From: an uncultured Geobacteraceae bacterium
GTDB taxonomy: Bacteria > Desulfobacterota > Desulfuromonadia > Geobacterales > Pseudopelobacteraceae
Assembly (NCBI GenBank): GCA_903852495.1
Contig: CAINRC010000058.1
Span: 37,635-101,634 of the forward strand
Direction: 5' to 3'
DNA: 64,000 nucleotides
In this document: one piece after another, positions 35,182 to 45,115 of the stretch
How the letters are laid out: each line of letters starts with the position of its first letter
Position numbering within the stretch: position 1 is the stretch's first letter
Position numbers and translations under genes: made by a program
Notes under the pieces: model-generated
What the model was told of the DNA's origin: nothing
Database searches by the model: none
What the model saw: the letters and a program-made list of their open reading frames with translations, nothing else

Positions 35182-36777
35182 ATGCGCATCGAAAGCGATT
35201 TCCTCGTTATCGGCAGCGGGATAGCCGGTCTCACCTTTGCCCTCCAGGCAGCCGATCATGGCAGCGTCGCCATCGTTACCAAACGTGATATTTCAGAATC
35301 AGCCACCAAATATGCTCAAGGCGGTATCGCCTCGGTTTATTCTGATGAAGACTCGTTCGACTCCCACGTTGAAGATACACTCGTTGCAGGGGCTGGCATC
35401 TGCCACGAGGATGTTGTCAGAATGGTCGTTGAAGAAGGACCGCAAACAATTCGCAACCTGATCGAGTGGGGCGTAAAGTTTACGACCAGCGGCAAAACCT
35501 ACGACCTGACCCGTGAGGGGGGGCATAGTGCCCGTCGTATCTTGCACGCTGAAGATATCACCGGGCGGGAGATTGAAAGAGCTTTGGTTGAAGCTGTCCG
35601 GCAACATCCGTCAATCACCATTTATGAGAACCATATTGCCATAGACCTGATCACGTCAGCCAAAATTGAACGGCGCCAACTGGAGAAGAATCGGTGCCTG
35701 GGGGCTAACGTCCTGGATATCAAGGGCGAAACAGTCGTAACGTTCAGTTCAAAAGTTACGCTGTTGGCCAGTGGCGGTGCCGGTAAGGTATATCTCTACA
35801 CCTGCAATCCCGACGTCGCTTCAGGAGACGGTGTCGCCATGGCATACCGCGCCGGCGCAACCATTGCAAACATGGAATTCATGCAGTTCCACCCCACCAC
35901 CCTGTTCCACCCTCTGGCCAAATCATTTCTCATCTCCGAAGCGGTACGCGGTGAAGGAGCCATTCTGCGCAGGCGGGACGGCACCGCGTTCATGGAAAAA
36001 TATCACAAGCTGAAGGATCTTGCGCCCCGCGATATCGTTGCCCGTGCCATAGACCATGAAATGAAAACCAGCGGCGATGACTGTGTATTTCTCGATATTA
36101 CCCACGAGCCTGCTGATGTCGTGCGCAACCGGTTCCCCAATATCTACCAGACGTGTATGGAGTTCGGCCTGGATATGACCAAGGAGTGGCTTCCGGTCGT
36201 ACCGGCTGCCCACTATTTGTGCGGCGGGATTGCGGTAAATTCAGATGCCGAAACGGATATCCCTGGATTGTACGCCATTGGTGAAACCGCGTTTACCGGT
36301 TTGCACGGTGCCAACCGTTTGGCCAGTAACTCTCTGCTGGAAGCTGCGGTTTACGCAGGACGCGCCTACAAACATGCCAGCGGTGCTGTCGCATCACAGC
36401 CAAGTGACCATCGCGAAATTCCGGTTTGGGATTCCGGCACCGCAACCAACAGTGATGAGATGGTAGTCGTTTCCCAAAACTGGGATGAAATCCGCAGAAC
36501 AATGTGGAATTATGTTGGAATTGTCCGCACCGACAAACGTTTGGCGCGCGCCATGAACCGCATTAAACTGTTTCAGGGTGAAATAGATGAGTATTACTGG
36601 AACTTTAACGTTACTTCCGACCTGATCGAACTGCGCAACATTGCCACTGTGGCGGAACTGATCATAGCCTGTGCACAAAAGCGCAAGGAATCGCGTGGTC
36701 TGCACTACAATCTTGACTACCCTTTCCTCGATGAAGTAAACGGGAAAAAAGACAGCTTCGTAAAGAAAGAGTTTTAA
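35182..36777 (+). CDS. nadB: L-aspartate oxidase
   Basis: 531 aa. FAD fold DFLVIGSGIAGL, AQGGIA, HPT...RGEG, GLYAIGE. Confidence 0.95.
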   Translation: MRIESDFLVIGSGIAGLTFALQAADHGSVAIVTKRDISESATKYAQGGIASVYSDEDSFDSHVEDTLVAGAGICHEDVVRMVVEEGPQTIRNLIEWGVKFTTSGKTYDLTREGGHSARRILHAEDITGREIERALVEAVRQHPSITIYENHIAIDLITSAKIERRQLEKNRCLGANVLDIKGETVVTFSSKVTLLASGGAGKVYLYTCNPDVASGDGVAMAYRAGATIANMEFMQFHPTTLFHPLAKSFLISEAVRGEGAILRRRDGTAFMEKYHKLKDLAPRDIVARAIDHEMKTSGDDCVFLDITHEPADVVRNRFPNIYQTCMEFGLDMTKEWLPVVPAAHYLCGGIAVNSDAETDIPGLYAIGETAFTGLHGANRLASNSLLEAAVYAGRAYKHASGAVASQPSDHREIPVWDSGTATNSDEMVVVSQNWDEIRRTMWNYVGIVRTDKRLARAMNRIKLFQGEIDEYYWNFNVTSDLIELRNIATVAELIIACAQKRKESRGLHYNLDYPFLDEVNGKKDSFVKKEF

Positions 36778-36789
36778 AGGAGCACTACC

Positions 36790-37068
36790 GTGGAAATTGG
36801 TGAAATTCGCAAACGGATTGATCTTCTTGATGACGTGCTTCTGCGTATTTTCAACGAACGCGCACGGCTTGCCCTTGAAATCGGGCATGCCAAGAAGGAA
36901 CTTGGTCTGGCGGTGTTTGACCCGGCACGCGAAAAAAGAATTTTCAACCGTATGAAAGAAGATAACCCAGGCCCGCTTGATGATGACGCAATTATCAGGA
37001 TGTTTGAGCGCGTTGTGGATGAATCGCGGCGCCTGGAGCGCATTATGTCACATAAAGAAGAAATTTAA
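36790..37068 (+). CDS. Stand-alone AroQ-class chorismate mutase
   Basis: 92 aa with a GTG start. EIRKRIDLLDDVLLRIFNERARLALEIGHAKKELGLAVFDPAREKRIFNRM is the CM_2 helical signature. Confidence 0.85.
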   Translation: MEIGEIRKRIDLLDDVLLRIFNERARLALEIGHAKKELGLAVFDPAREKRIFNRMKEDNPGPLDDDAIIRMFERVVDESRRLERIMSHKEEI

Positions 37069-37083
37069 GGGAGCTGGCCTACC

Positions 37084-37293
37084 ATGCTTATTATCATGAA
37101 AAAACATGCTGAAGAGATCGCACTTGATACCATCAAGGAATACCTCATCACTCGCGACTTTGATATTCACCAGTCAACCGGAGCAAACAGAACCATCATT
37201 GGCGTGATTGGTGATACCGGCACCTTGAATGACCAGGAAATCGAGAATATGCAGGGAGTCAGTCAGGTGGTACGGATCCGGCGGGACGATTAA
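37084..37293 (+). CDS. Stand-alone ferredoxin-like (ACT-like) regulatory domain of Thermotoga-type DAH7P synthase, with no catalytic barrel
   Basis: 69 aa. MLIIMKKHAEE...NRTIIGVIGD...GVSQVVRI aligns end to end with the N-terminal FL domain of T. maritima DAH7PS as I recall it (MIVVLKPGSTEE...ERTVIGIIGD...VESVVRV). The ORF stops where the linker to the TIM barrel would begin. Confidence 0.7.
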   Translation: MLIIMKKHAEEIALDTIKEYLITRDFDIHQSTGANRTIIGVIGDTGTLNDQEIENMQGVSQVVRIRRDD

Positions 37294-37330
37294 CCGCGTT
37301 ATAACTCTCCTGTCAGCGGATACAATTTGC

Positions 37331-37360
37331 TTGACACTGTTCGGCAAACAGTGCTAAACA
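37331..37360 (+). promoter_or_regulatory. Candidate promoter of rpsT with embedded palindrome
   Basis: TTGACA (37331-37336), N17, CTAAAC with an upstream TG. The spacer contains CACTGTT-cggc-AAACAGTG. Pattern match only. Confidence 0.35.
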
Positions 37361-37409
37361 GCTAGCTTCGATTTCGTTACTTACTCAAGAAAATACATGG
37401 AGGTGCAGT

Positions 37410-37673
37410 TTGGCTCATCATAAATCGGCAATTAAGAGGATCAAGCAGACAATTAAGAAAACTGCGCGTAATCGTCATGTCTCATCGACGCTGAAAACAT
37501 ATATCAAGCGTGTTCGTGAAGCGGTTGCCGCTAAGGATAAAGATGCCGCTGTTGCTGCACTCAAAGCTGCCATTCCGGTCATTGATGCTTCTTCTTCAAA
37601 AGGTGTCATTCACAATTCCACCGCTTCCCGTAACGTTTCACGCCTGACAAAGCTGGTTAACACACTCGGCTAG
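37410..37673 (+). CDS. rpsT: 30S ribosomal protein S20
   Basis: 87 aa with a TTG start after [40 protein letters not shown] is canonical S20. Confidence 0.95.
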   Translation: MAHHKSAIKRIKQTIKKTARNRHVSSTLKTYIKRVREAVAAKDKDAAVAALKAAIPVIDASSSKGVIHNSTASRNVSRLTKLVNTLG

Positions 37674-37704
37674 AGCATTGCTGTTAACTGAATAAATTAA
37701 ATGC

Positions 37705-37737
37705 AAAGGGGGCTGCGAAATCGCACGCCCCCTTTTT
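37705..37737. terminator. Bidirectional rho-independent terminator between rpsT and holA
   Basis: AAAGGGGGC-TGCG-aaat-CGCA-c-GCCCCCTTT followed by TT on the plus strand. The complementary hairpin serves the convergent holA. Confidence 0.6.
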
Positions 37738-37774
37738 ATATCAACCCCTGCCCTGTTTAGTAAAAATTACCGCT

Positions 37775-38770
37775 TTACCACCCGCCGGTACAGATCCCCA
37801 TCGCCAAACCATGCATAAGACCGTACGGCTGCCCACCGGTTTTCGACGAAACGTCGCGCCGGTACAGTTCATCGAAAATCCGTTTCAATTCCCTTCGGGG
37901 GAAGTTACGTGCCTGTGTAATAATCTCACCCAGAAAAAACGAGTTTATCGTCAGTTCTCTGCCGATATCGGCTTGGGGCATCTTCTTGTCGAGCAGTTCC
38001 CTGACGCGCCACAGTTGGCGGAAATGCCGGGATAACGCGCCGATCATCATCGGTGCATCTTCGCCATTCAAAAACAGGGCATCCAGGCTTCTGATAGAAT
38101 TTGCCACATCCCGCATCCCAAGAAATTTTGCCAGCTCAAAGGCGGTAAACGCCTTGCTGCTGCTGGCCATGGTACGAACATCATCCACTGAAATTCGAGA
38201 TTTTGAACCGGAAAACACCACCAGTTTTTCAATCTGAGAGTTCAATTCCTGCAGATTGTTGCCAATCAGTGCCGACAGAAGTTCCGCAGCAGCGGCTTCA
38301 ATCTGTTTGCCTTGGGCGACCGCTTCACTTTGGATAAATCCCGTCAGTTTGTTGTCGTAGAAGCGTTTGAACTCAACAAGAACGCCATGTTTTTTGAGCT
38401 CCAGAAAAAACTTCTTGCGCTGGTCTATCTTGGTTCCGGTCATCAGCAGACAGGTACCAGGCGATGGATTTTGGATATAGGGCAGCATAATTTCGAGGGC
38501 TTCCGCTTTCAGCTGATCAGCCCGTTTCACCAGAACCGCACGGCGCTCTGCGAACATCGGCAAAGTCTGTGCCGAATCGATTATGTCTACCCCCCTGGAT
38601 TCATTACCGAAGAACACATTGAAATTGAAATCCTTCAGAGATGGGTCTATTGCCCGCTCAAGCAGCATGCGAGCAGCCCGCTCAACCAGAAACGGCTCTT
38701 CGCCGTACAGAAAACAGACGGTTGGCACGACCCCTTTTTTTAGCGATATTTCAAACTCCTGGGGCGTCAT
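37775..38770 (-). CDS. holA: DNA polymerase III delta subunit
   Basis: 331 aa with a HolA-like N-terminus (VCFLYGEEPFLVERA). Conserved leuS-lptE-holA synteny. Confidence 0.85.
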   Translation of the reverse strand: MTPQEFEISLKKGVVPTVCFLYGEEPFLVERAARMLLERAIDPSLKDFNFNVFFGNESRGVDIIDSAQTLPMFAERRAVLVKRADQLKAEALEIMLPYIQNPSPGTCLLMTGTKIDQRKKFFLELKKHGVLVEFKRFYDNKLTGFIQSEAVAQGKQIEAAAAELLSALIGNNLQELNSQIEKLVVFSGSKSRISVDDVRTMASSSKAFTAFELAKFLGMRDVANSIRSLDALFLNGEDAPMMIGALSRHFRQLWRVRELLDKKMPQADIGRELTINSFFLGEIITQARNFPRRELKRIFDELYRRDVSSKTGGQPYGLMHGLAMGICTGGW

Positions 38771-38772
38771 GA

Positions 38773-39300
38773 CTAATAGGACTCCTCTAACGCGGAGATG
38801 AATTTTTGGGCGACAATACGGGCGGCAGCATCAAGCGCCTGATCTTCTGCATTGTGCTGCAACGCGAGATCCTTGTTGGCGGGGTACTGCTTTTCGCCAT
38901 GGATCTGCCCCTTCCAGAACGGAGAGGTCTGCCCGTTCCTGGTGATTTCAAGCTCGACGTCCAGAGACAGACTGAATTCTCGTGCCTGATCAAGGGTAGT
39001 GTACGAAACCGCTCGACTGGAGTAGGAAATAATACGTCCCTTTATTGCAGTGTCACCGGTCGCCAGACTCGTCGCGGGACGTACACCGCGCAACGCGTGA
39101 AGTTCCTCATAAAAGGCCCGGCGCAGAACGGTCTGGGCGGTTGGGCTGGTGCTTTCATTACCAAAGAACGGGATCCAGACAGACTGCACGGCAGCAAGCT
39201 GCCCGGAGCGGGCAGTGGTCAGGTGATAGCCGCACCCTGCGACAACAGTCAACAGCAGCGCACATATAATCAAACGCAGCGATGGCAACAAATTCGGCAT
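38773..39300 (-). CDS. lptE: LPS-assembly lipoprotein LptE
   Basis: 175 aa. Lipobox LTVVAGCGYHL. Sits between leuS and holA as in most proteobacteria. Confidence 0.75.
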   Translation of the reverse strand: MPNLLPSLRLIICALLLTVVAGCGYHLTTARSGQLAAVQSVWIPFFGNESTSPTAQTVLRRAFYEELHALRGVRPATSLATGDTAIKGRIISYSSRAVSYTTLDQAREFSLSLDVELEITRNGQTSPFWKGQIHGEKQYPANKDLALQHNAEDQALDAAARIVAQKFISALEESY

Positions 39301-39304
39301 GCCC

Positions 39305-41794
39305 CTACCCCACTACAATATTAACAAGTTTACCCTGCACACAAATAACCTTGCGAACCGTCTGCCCCTCAATAAACTGCACGATCTTTTCATCCGCAAG
39401 CGCCAGAGCCTTCAGCTCTTCCTCACCGGTACCGGCAGCGACGGTAACCTTTGAACGAAGCTTGCCGTTCACCTGCACAACAACGAGAAGCTCTTCATCC
39501 ACAACAGCACTTCGATCATAATCAGGCCATGCGGACTGCGTTAATGGCACCCGGTTGCCCAAACAGATCCAGAGCTCTTCCGTGATATGGGGAACAAACG
39601 GAGCCATCAGGAGAATCACACTCTGCAGCGCCTCCTTCATGACCGCCGGGAACTGGGGTGTGGAAAGCTCTGCGGGTTGGAGAATATTGAGCAGTTCCAT
39701 GACGGAAGCGATCGCCGTGTTGAAATGGAAGCGTTCCTCAAGATCCTCGGTTACCTTGCGGATCGTTTTATGAACAGCCCGGCGCAAATCCCGTTCTTCG
39801 GCGGTAAGAGAAGCGGTATCAAGAGGTTTCGCAGTGTTAACAACGTCCAGACGGTCGTGGACCAGTTTCCAGATACGGTTCAGGAAGCGGAACGATCCTT
39901 CAACCCCCTGATCATTCCAGTCCAGATCCTTTTCCGGCGGTGCGGCAAACAGCGAAAAAAGACGGGCGGTATCCGCACCGTATTTGGTAATCAAGGCATT
40001 CGGGTCGACAACGTTGCCCTTTGACTTGCTCATTTTGGCACCATCTTTAATGACCATGCCCTGGGTCAGCAGATTGGTAAACGGTTCATCAGCGGAAGTA
40101 TGCCCCAGATCACGCATGACTTTGGTAAAGAAGCGGGCATACAGCAGGTGCAGAACGGCATGCTCGATGCCGCCGATATACTGGTCTACGGACATCCAGT
40201 AGTCAACGGAGTCTCGATCAAGTATTCCGTCTTTAAAATCGGGGCAGCAGTAGCGGAGGAAATACCAGGATGACTGGACGAACGTATCCATGGTGTCTGT
40301 TTCACGCCGGGCTGCTTTGCCGCACTTGGGACAGGTACAGTTCACAAAGGATTCCATCTGGGCCAGCGGACTCCCCCCTTCTCCACTGAAGGCAACATCC
40401 CGGGGCAGCACAACCGGCAGATCCTTTTCCGGCACCGGCACAACGCCGCAGTCGTCGCAGTAAACAACCGGAATCGGGTTACCCCAGTAGCGCTGGCGGG
40501 AGATGCCCCAGTCCCTGAGACGGAAATTGACGGTTTTTGTCCCCTGTCCCTGTGATTGCAGAAAATCAGCTATTGACTCTTTTGCATCACTGCTCTGCAT
40601 ACCGTTGAACTGGCCTGAATTAGCCATAATTCCCGCCTCGGTATACGCTTCAGTCATACTGGCCGGATCAAGGGTCACTCCGGCAGGCTGAATAACAACC
40701 ACCAGCGGCAGGTCATATTTTTTGGCAAACTCAAAATCGCGCTGGTCGTGGGTCGGCACCGCCATAACAGCGCCGGTACCGTAATCCATCAGCACAAAGT
40801 TGGCCAGAAAGATCGGCATACGGGAACCGGTCAGCGGGTTTACGCAGTATGAGCCGGTAAAAACGCCCTCTTTTTCAAAATCATCGGCGGTGCGTTTGAC
40901 ACGGTCTGTTTTTCTGATTTTATCGATAAAAGCGACTACAGCGTCCTTCTGCCCTGCTGTTGCCAGTTCCAGGGCACGGGGATGCTCCGGTGCCAGCGAC
41001 ATGAAGGTCGCACCAAAAACTGTATCCTGACGTGTGGTGAACACCCGGATGGCACCGGTTCCGTTTTCAACCGGAAAATCAATTTCACAGCCAAAGCTCT
41101 TGCCGATCCAGTTTCGCTGCATGACAAGCACGCGTTCCGGCCAGCCCGGAAGATTATACGTATTTTCAAGCAGTTCCTCGGCATAATCGGTTATCCGGAA
41201 AAACCACTGGTCGAGCTCTTTCAGATTAACGTCACTGTCACAGCGCCAGCAGCCGCCGTCTTCAACCTGCTCATTGGCAAGCACGGTTTCACATTTCGGG
41301 CACCAGTTGACAAAGGAGGTTTTCTTATAGGCCAGCCCTTTGGCAAACATTTCCAAGAATAATTTCTGCTCCCAGCGGTAATAGTCAACGTCGCAGGTGG
41401 CCAGTTCACGGTCCCAGTCGTAGGAGAAGCCCATTTTCTTAATCTGGTTACGCATGTAATCTATGTTTTCATAGGTCCAGGTTGCTGGATGGCTCTTGTT
41501 CTGGATCGCCGCATTTTCCGCCGGCATACCGAACGCATCCCATCCCATGGGGTGCATGACATTAAACCCCTTCATGCGCTTGAACCGGCCGACAACATCC
41601 CCAATGGAATAATTGCGCACATGCCCCATATGGATACGCCCTGATGGGTAGGGGAACATTTCAAGGAGGTAGTATTTCTGCTTGGTTTTGTCCGCAGTTA
41701 CTTTGAATGTTTTTTCGTTTTCCCAGACAGCCTGCCACTTCTGTTCCACGTCTTTTGGTGAGTACTTCTGCTCCACGGTCGATTCCTTTCCCAT
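39305..41794 (-). CDS. leuS: Leucine--tRNA ligase
   Basis: HIGH motif (HMGHVRNY) and KMSKS (KMSKSKGN). The stop is fixed at 39305. The start is uncertain: the track ORF begins at 41854, in-frame ATGs lie at 41818 and 41794, and a GTG at 41776 ([15 protein letters not shown]) has the best RBS spacing. Confidence 0.95.
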   Translation of the reverse strand: MGKESTVEQKYSPKDVEQKWQAVWENEKTFKVTADKTKQKYYLLEMFPYPSGRIHMGHVRNYSIGDVVGRFKRMKGFNVMHPMGWDAFGMPAENAAIQNKSHPATWTYENIDYMRNQIKKMGFSYDWDRELATCDVDYYRWEQKLFLEMFAKGLAYKKTSFVNWCPKCETVLANEQVEDGGCWRCDSDVNLKELDQWFFRITDYAEELLENTYNLPGWPERVLVMQRNWIGKSFGCEIDFPVENGTGAIRVFTTRQDTVFGATFMSLAPEHPRALELATAGQKDAVVAFIDKIRKTDRVKRTADDFEKEGVFTGSYCVNPLTGSRMPIFLANFVLMDYGTGAVMAVPTHDQRDFEFAKKYDLPLVVVIQPAGVTLDPASMTEAYTEAGIMANSGQFNGMQSSDAKESIADFLQSQGQGTKTVNFRLRDWGISRQRYWGNPIPVVYCDDCGVVPVPEKDLPVVLPRDVAFSGEGGSPLAQMESFVNCTCPKCGKAARRETDTMDTFVQSSWYFLRYCCPDFKDGILDRDSVDYWMSVDQYIGGIEHAVLHLLYARFFTKVMRDLGHTSADEPFTNLLTQGMVIKDGAKMSKSKGNVVDPNALITKYGADTARLFSLFAAPPEKDLDWNDQGVEGSFRFLNRIWKLVHDRLDVVNTAKPLDTASLTAEERDLRRAVHKTIRKVTEDLEERFHFNTAIASVMELLNILQPAELSTPQFPAVMKEALQSVILLMAPFVPHITEELWICLGNRVPLTQSAWPDYDRSAVVDEELLVVVQVNGKLRSKVTVAAGTGEEELKALALADEKIVQFIEGQTVRKVICVQGKLVNIVVG

Positions 41795-41881
41795 GCCTCT
41801 ATTATTTTTATGCTTCATCTCATTGTTTTGATCTGCACCGATGATACCGCTCATGCGCTGTCGGGTCTACGGTAAAATGCC

Positions 41882-42949
41882 CTAAAAACCGCACCGCTGA
41901 ATTATTTCAGAAGCGATCTGCCCCAGCGGTACAGTGCGATCAACAACTCCGGTGGCCACCGCCTCTCGCGGCATTCCGTAGACCACGGCGGTATCCTCCG
42001 ATTCGGCAATCACATACCCGCCCTGTTCCTTTACCGCCCTAACCCCCACGCTGCCGTCATTGCCCATACCGGTCAGTATAACCGCTGCCATCCGCCTGCC
42101 ATACAGCGCTGCGCAGGATGTAAGCATGGCATCAACGGAGGGAATGTACCGGTCAGACTCCGAAGGAACGATAATTCGGGCTAGAATTTGATGGTCTCGT
42201 TCTTCAAAAACCATGTTCCTGCCACCGGGAGCGATCAACACCCTGCCGGGAAGAACAAGGTCTCCATCTTCGGCCTCCGTAATGTCAAAGGCCGAAGTTC
42301 GATTTAGTCGTTCGGCAAAAGCCTTGGTAAAGCCGGGCGGCATATGCTGGGAAACCACAACTGCAAAAGGGTATTTCTGTTCAAAAGCTGAAAAAATCTT
42401 CTGGAGCGCCGGCGGCCCCCCGGTTGACGTACCTATCGCCACAAGATCAATTAAATGATTACCACCCGCACCCGTAGACACCGGCGGCAACGGCTGTCCA
42501 CTCCCTGATTCCGGTATGTTGCCCCCTGTTTGAGAAAAAGCATGACCGGTTTGTTTAAGCGCCAGTACTTGAAGTATTTTTTTATGGAGTTCTGCTTTAA
42601 TAGAAAGCAGGTCAAGAGAAGCGGTCCCAGTCGGCTTCGGCACAAAATCAAGGGCTCCGAGTTCCAGTGCCCTGAATACTTTATCTGCAGAACTAAGGGC
42701 ACTGACGACAATCACCGGCAGGGAAAAACGTACCGTCAGGATTCGCAGCAGTGTAAATCCATCCATTTTAGGCATTTCCAGATCCAGCGTTACCAGGTCC
42801 GGTTTGAGGGCGATAACCTTCTGAATCCCCTCTTCACCGTTTATCGCATACCCCACAACTTCTACAAAGGGAAGCTCCTCCAGCATGTGGGTAATGGTTC
42901 GGCGGCTGAACGCTGAGTCATCAACGACAACGATCCGGATCTTGTTCAT
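41882..42949 (-). CDS. cheB: Chemotaxis response regulator protein-glutamate methylesterase
   Basis: 355 aa. Receiver (VVDDS...LDLEMPKMDG) plus methylesterase (GTSTGGP, HMPPGFT, GMGNDG). Confidence 0.93.
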   Translation of the reverse strand: MNKIRIVVVDDSAFSRRTITHMLEELPFVEVVGYAINGEEGIQKVIALKPDLVTLDLEMPKMDGFTLLRILTVRFSLPVIVVSALSSADKVFRALELGALDFVPKPTGTASLDLLSIKAELHKKILQVLALKQTGHAFSQTGGNIPESGSGQPLPPVSTGAGGNHLIDLVAIGTSTGGPPALQKIFSAFEQKYPFAVVVSQHMPPGFTKAFAERLNRTSAFDITEAEDGDLVLPGRVLIAPGGRNMVFEERDHQILARIIVPSESDRYIPSVDAMLTSCAALYGRRMAAVILTGMGNDGSVGVRAVKEQGGYVIAESEDTAVVYGMPREAVATGVVDRTVPLGQIASEIIQRCGF

Positions 42950-43833
42950 GCGGCACCGCCCTGGCTGAACGACTCAGGTTTTTGATAAATCATGTCGTTG
43001 AGGAAGTGCCTGAGCGTGAACGCTGTAGGTATATTCATAAGTGATTCGGAGTGCCCCAATAACAGGAACCCGCCACCCTGCAAATCAGAATAAAACAGAT
43101 CAATGGCACGCTTTTTTGCGGACTGATCAAAATAGATCATCACATTACGACAAAAAATAATATCAACCGCTCCGATATCCGAGTGGCGATTCTCATCGAA
43201 AATATTGAAATTCCGTATAGTTACCATCTTCCGGATGGAGTCCTTCACCACAAAACCATCTTCATGCAAAAGAAAGAAGCGCTTCAGATCCTGCTCCGTT
43301 GTTGCCCGAAAAGAAGATTTACCATACAGGGCGCGCTGTGCGTGCTGCAGCACTTTCTGGCTGATATCAGTGCCGATTATCTCTATATCCCATCCGGCAA
43401 GCTCTGGAATACCACTCAACAGCATCGCAATGGTATAGGGCTCTTCACCGGTGGAACAGCCGGCGCTCCAGATCCGCAAGGAGCGGTTTCCGAGTGCAGT
43501 TTTTTTGGTGATCAGTTCAGGTATCACTTCTTCGGAAAAGGCCTTGAGCTGAAACGGTTCACGAAAGAAATACGTTTCATTATTCGTAAGAACATCCATT
43601 ATAACAAGAAGTTCCTGCTCTTTACCTTGGAGGTGTTGTATATATCGGCAGTACTCTTGAAAGGTTGGCAGATCCAGATCAGTCAATCGACCGGACAACC
43701 GTTTTTCCAGGATATACTTTGAGTCCGGGGCAAAATGAATGCCGTACTGTGCGTAAATACAATCACGCAACAACCGGAATTCATCGTCGGACATGCAGCG
43801 GTAATGTGTCTTTGCTACCATGTTAATAACCAC
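42946..43833 (-). CDS. cheR: Chemotaxis protein methyltransferase
   Basis: 295 aa. CheR N-domain plus SAM-binding RIWSAGCSTGEEPYT...IFCRNVMIYF. 4-nt overlap with cheB. Confidence 0.92.
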   Translation of the reverse strand: MVINMVAKTHYRCMSDDEFRLLRDCIYAQYGIHFAPDSKYILEKRLSGRLTDLDLPTFQEYCRYIQHLQGKEQELLVIMDVLTNNETYFFREPFQLKAFSEEVIPELITKKTALGNRSLRIWSAGCSTGEEPYTIAMLLSGIPELAGWDIEIIGTDISQKVLQHAQRALYGKSSFRATTEQDLKRFFLLHEDGFVVKDSIRKMVTIRNFNIFDENRHSDIGAVDIIFCRNVMIYFDQSAKKRAIDLFYSDLQGGGFLLLGHSESLMNIPTAFTLRHFLNDMIYQKPESFSQGGAA

Positions 43834-43865
43834 GTATCATGAAAATGTGAACATGCTGTCACCGG

Positions 43866-44372
43866 TTACCGGTCCAATTCGTCCCGAAACATTGCCGTGC
43901 AAGCGTCTGTTTCCTGGTTATCAGAAAAAATCCCGCTGCCATTGCCAAGAAGGGAATCAACGTCCAGGATCATAATGACACGGCCATCTGTTTGGCACAC
44001 TCCCAGGAGAAACTCTACTCCGGCACCGGAAACGATTGGTAACGGAGGAGTTATATCAGTGACCGGTACGGTTATAACCTCTAAAACGTCGTCAACCGCC
44101 AGAGCAAGCAGTTGCTTCGCCAGAGCTACAATCAGCAGTTTTCCTTCAACGGCCTTCCCTCCGGCAGCCATCCCGAAGCGTTCCCGCATATTCATCACCG
44201 GGATAACGGAACCGCGCTGTGTAATAACCCCTTCCAAAAGTGTCGAGGCACAGGGAAGCGGAGACCGCTCCGGAGAAACAATAATCTCGCGTATCCGCAT
44301 GATATCGACAGCAAACAGACGACCGCCAAGGGTGAACGTGGCAAACTGAATATGGGTTACCGCTTCTTCCAT
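43866..44372 (-). CDS. cheW: Chemotaxis coupling protein CheW
   Basis: 168 aa, a single CheW domain (FATFTLGGRLFAVDIMRIREI...GVITQRGSVIPVMNMRERFG). Confidence 0.9.
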   Translation of the reverse strand: MEEAVTHIQFATFTLGGRLFAVDIMRIREIIVSPERSPLPCASTLLEGVITQRGSVIPVMNMRERFGMAAGGKAVEGKLLIVALAKQLLALAVDDVLEVITVPVTDITPPLPIVSGAGVEFLLGVCQTDGRVIMILDVDSLLGNGSGIFSDNQETDACTAMFRDELDR

Positions 44373-44384
44373 GCCGTCTCCATG

Positions 44385-45104
44385 TCAGTACAGGTTGATA
44401 TCAGTAATGGTATCCAGATTCAGTATGATCATCAACCTGCCCCCTGCACGACCGAGGCCGCGCACAAAGTCACGGTCAACCCCGTCAAGCACCACAGGCG
44501 CCTCTTCAATCGAAGCAGCCGGTACCTGAACAACCTGCAATACTTCATCAACCAGCAGGCCGCTTACGGCACTGCCGATTCTGACAACAATTATCCGCTC
44601 CATGCCGACAGGCAAGCTACTTTCGAGACCCAACCGCACCCGCAGGTCAATAACCGGAAGTATGGTGCCCCGGAGTGAAATAACTCCGGAAATAAAAAGC
44701 GGGGCACGGGGAATCTCGGTGGTTTCCCGTGGTTTGATGATTTCTTTGATATCCATGATATTGATGCCATAAATTTCATGGGACACCCGTACAGAAAGAA
44801 ATTCCAGAGAGGATTCACCAGAGGAACCTGTGGCTCTTTCAGCACGAAAAGCCCCGCTGTCGCACCCCGCAGCCTTTCTGCCGGCCAGAATTGCTTCCAG
44901 CGGAGTGCCTGAACGCTCCCGAAACTGCAGATCGTTCAAAACCGGCGCAGCATCTGCGCACAGAAAAGCCTCCAGAACGGGTGACTCAACCGCACTGACA
45001 GCCGTTTTGCTCTCTGCCGCTGCTGATGACGGAGCAACCAACGTGTCACCGCACGACTCCCTCAGCATCTGCAAAGACTGTTTTCTGATTTTCGCAAGAT
45101 CCAT
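44385..45104 (-). CDS. CheW-like protein with an N-terminal extension of about 100 aa
   Basis: 239 aa. The C-terminal CheW domain is FLSVRVSHEIYGINIMDIKEI...GVISLRGTILPVIDLRVRLG. It is preceded by an Ala/Ser-rich region with no recognisable domain. Confidence 0.8.
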   Translation of the reverse strand: MDLAKIRKQSLQMLRESCGDTLVAPSSAAAESKTAVSAVESPVLEAFLCADAAPVLNDLQFRERSGTPLEAILAGRKAAGCDSGAFRAERATGSSGESSLEFLSVRVSHEIYGINIMDIKEIIKPRETTEIPRAPLFISGVISLRGTILPVIDLRVRLGLESSLPVGMERIIVVRIGSAVSGLLVDEVLQVVQVPAASIEEAPVVLDGVDRDFVRGLGRAGGRLMIILNLDTITDINLY

Positions 45105-45115
45105 AAAGCAGCAAC

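Noticed and set aside
37294-37409. Possibility that the 69-aa FL-domain ORF is the 5' remnant of a frameshifted or pseudogenised full-length DAH7P synthase
   Set aside because: Only 116 bp lie between its stop and rpsT, and they contain a promoter-like element. There is no room for even a fragment of the ~270-aa catalytic barrel.
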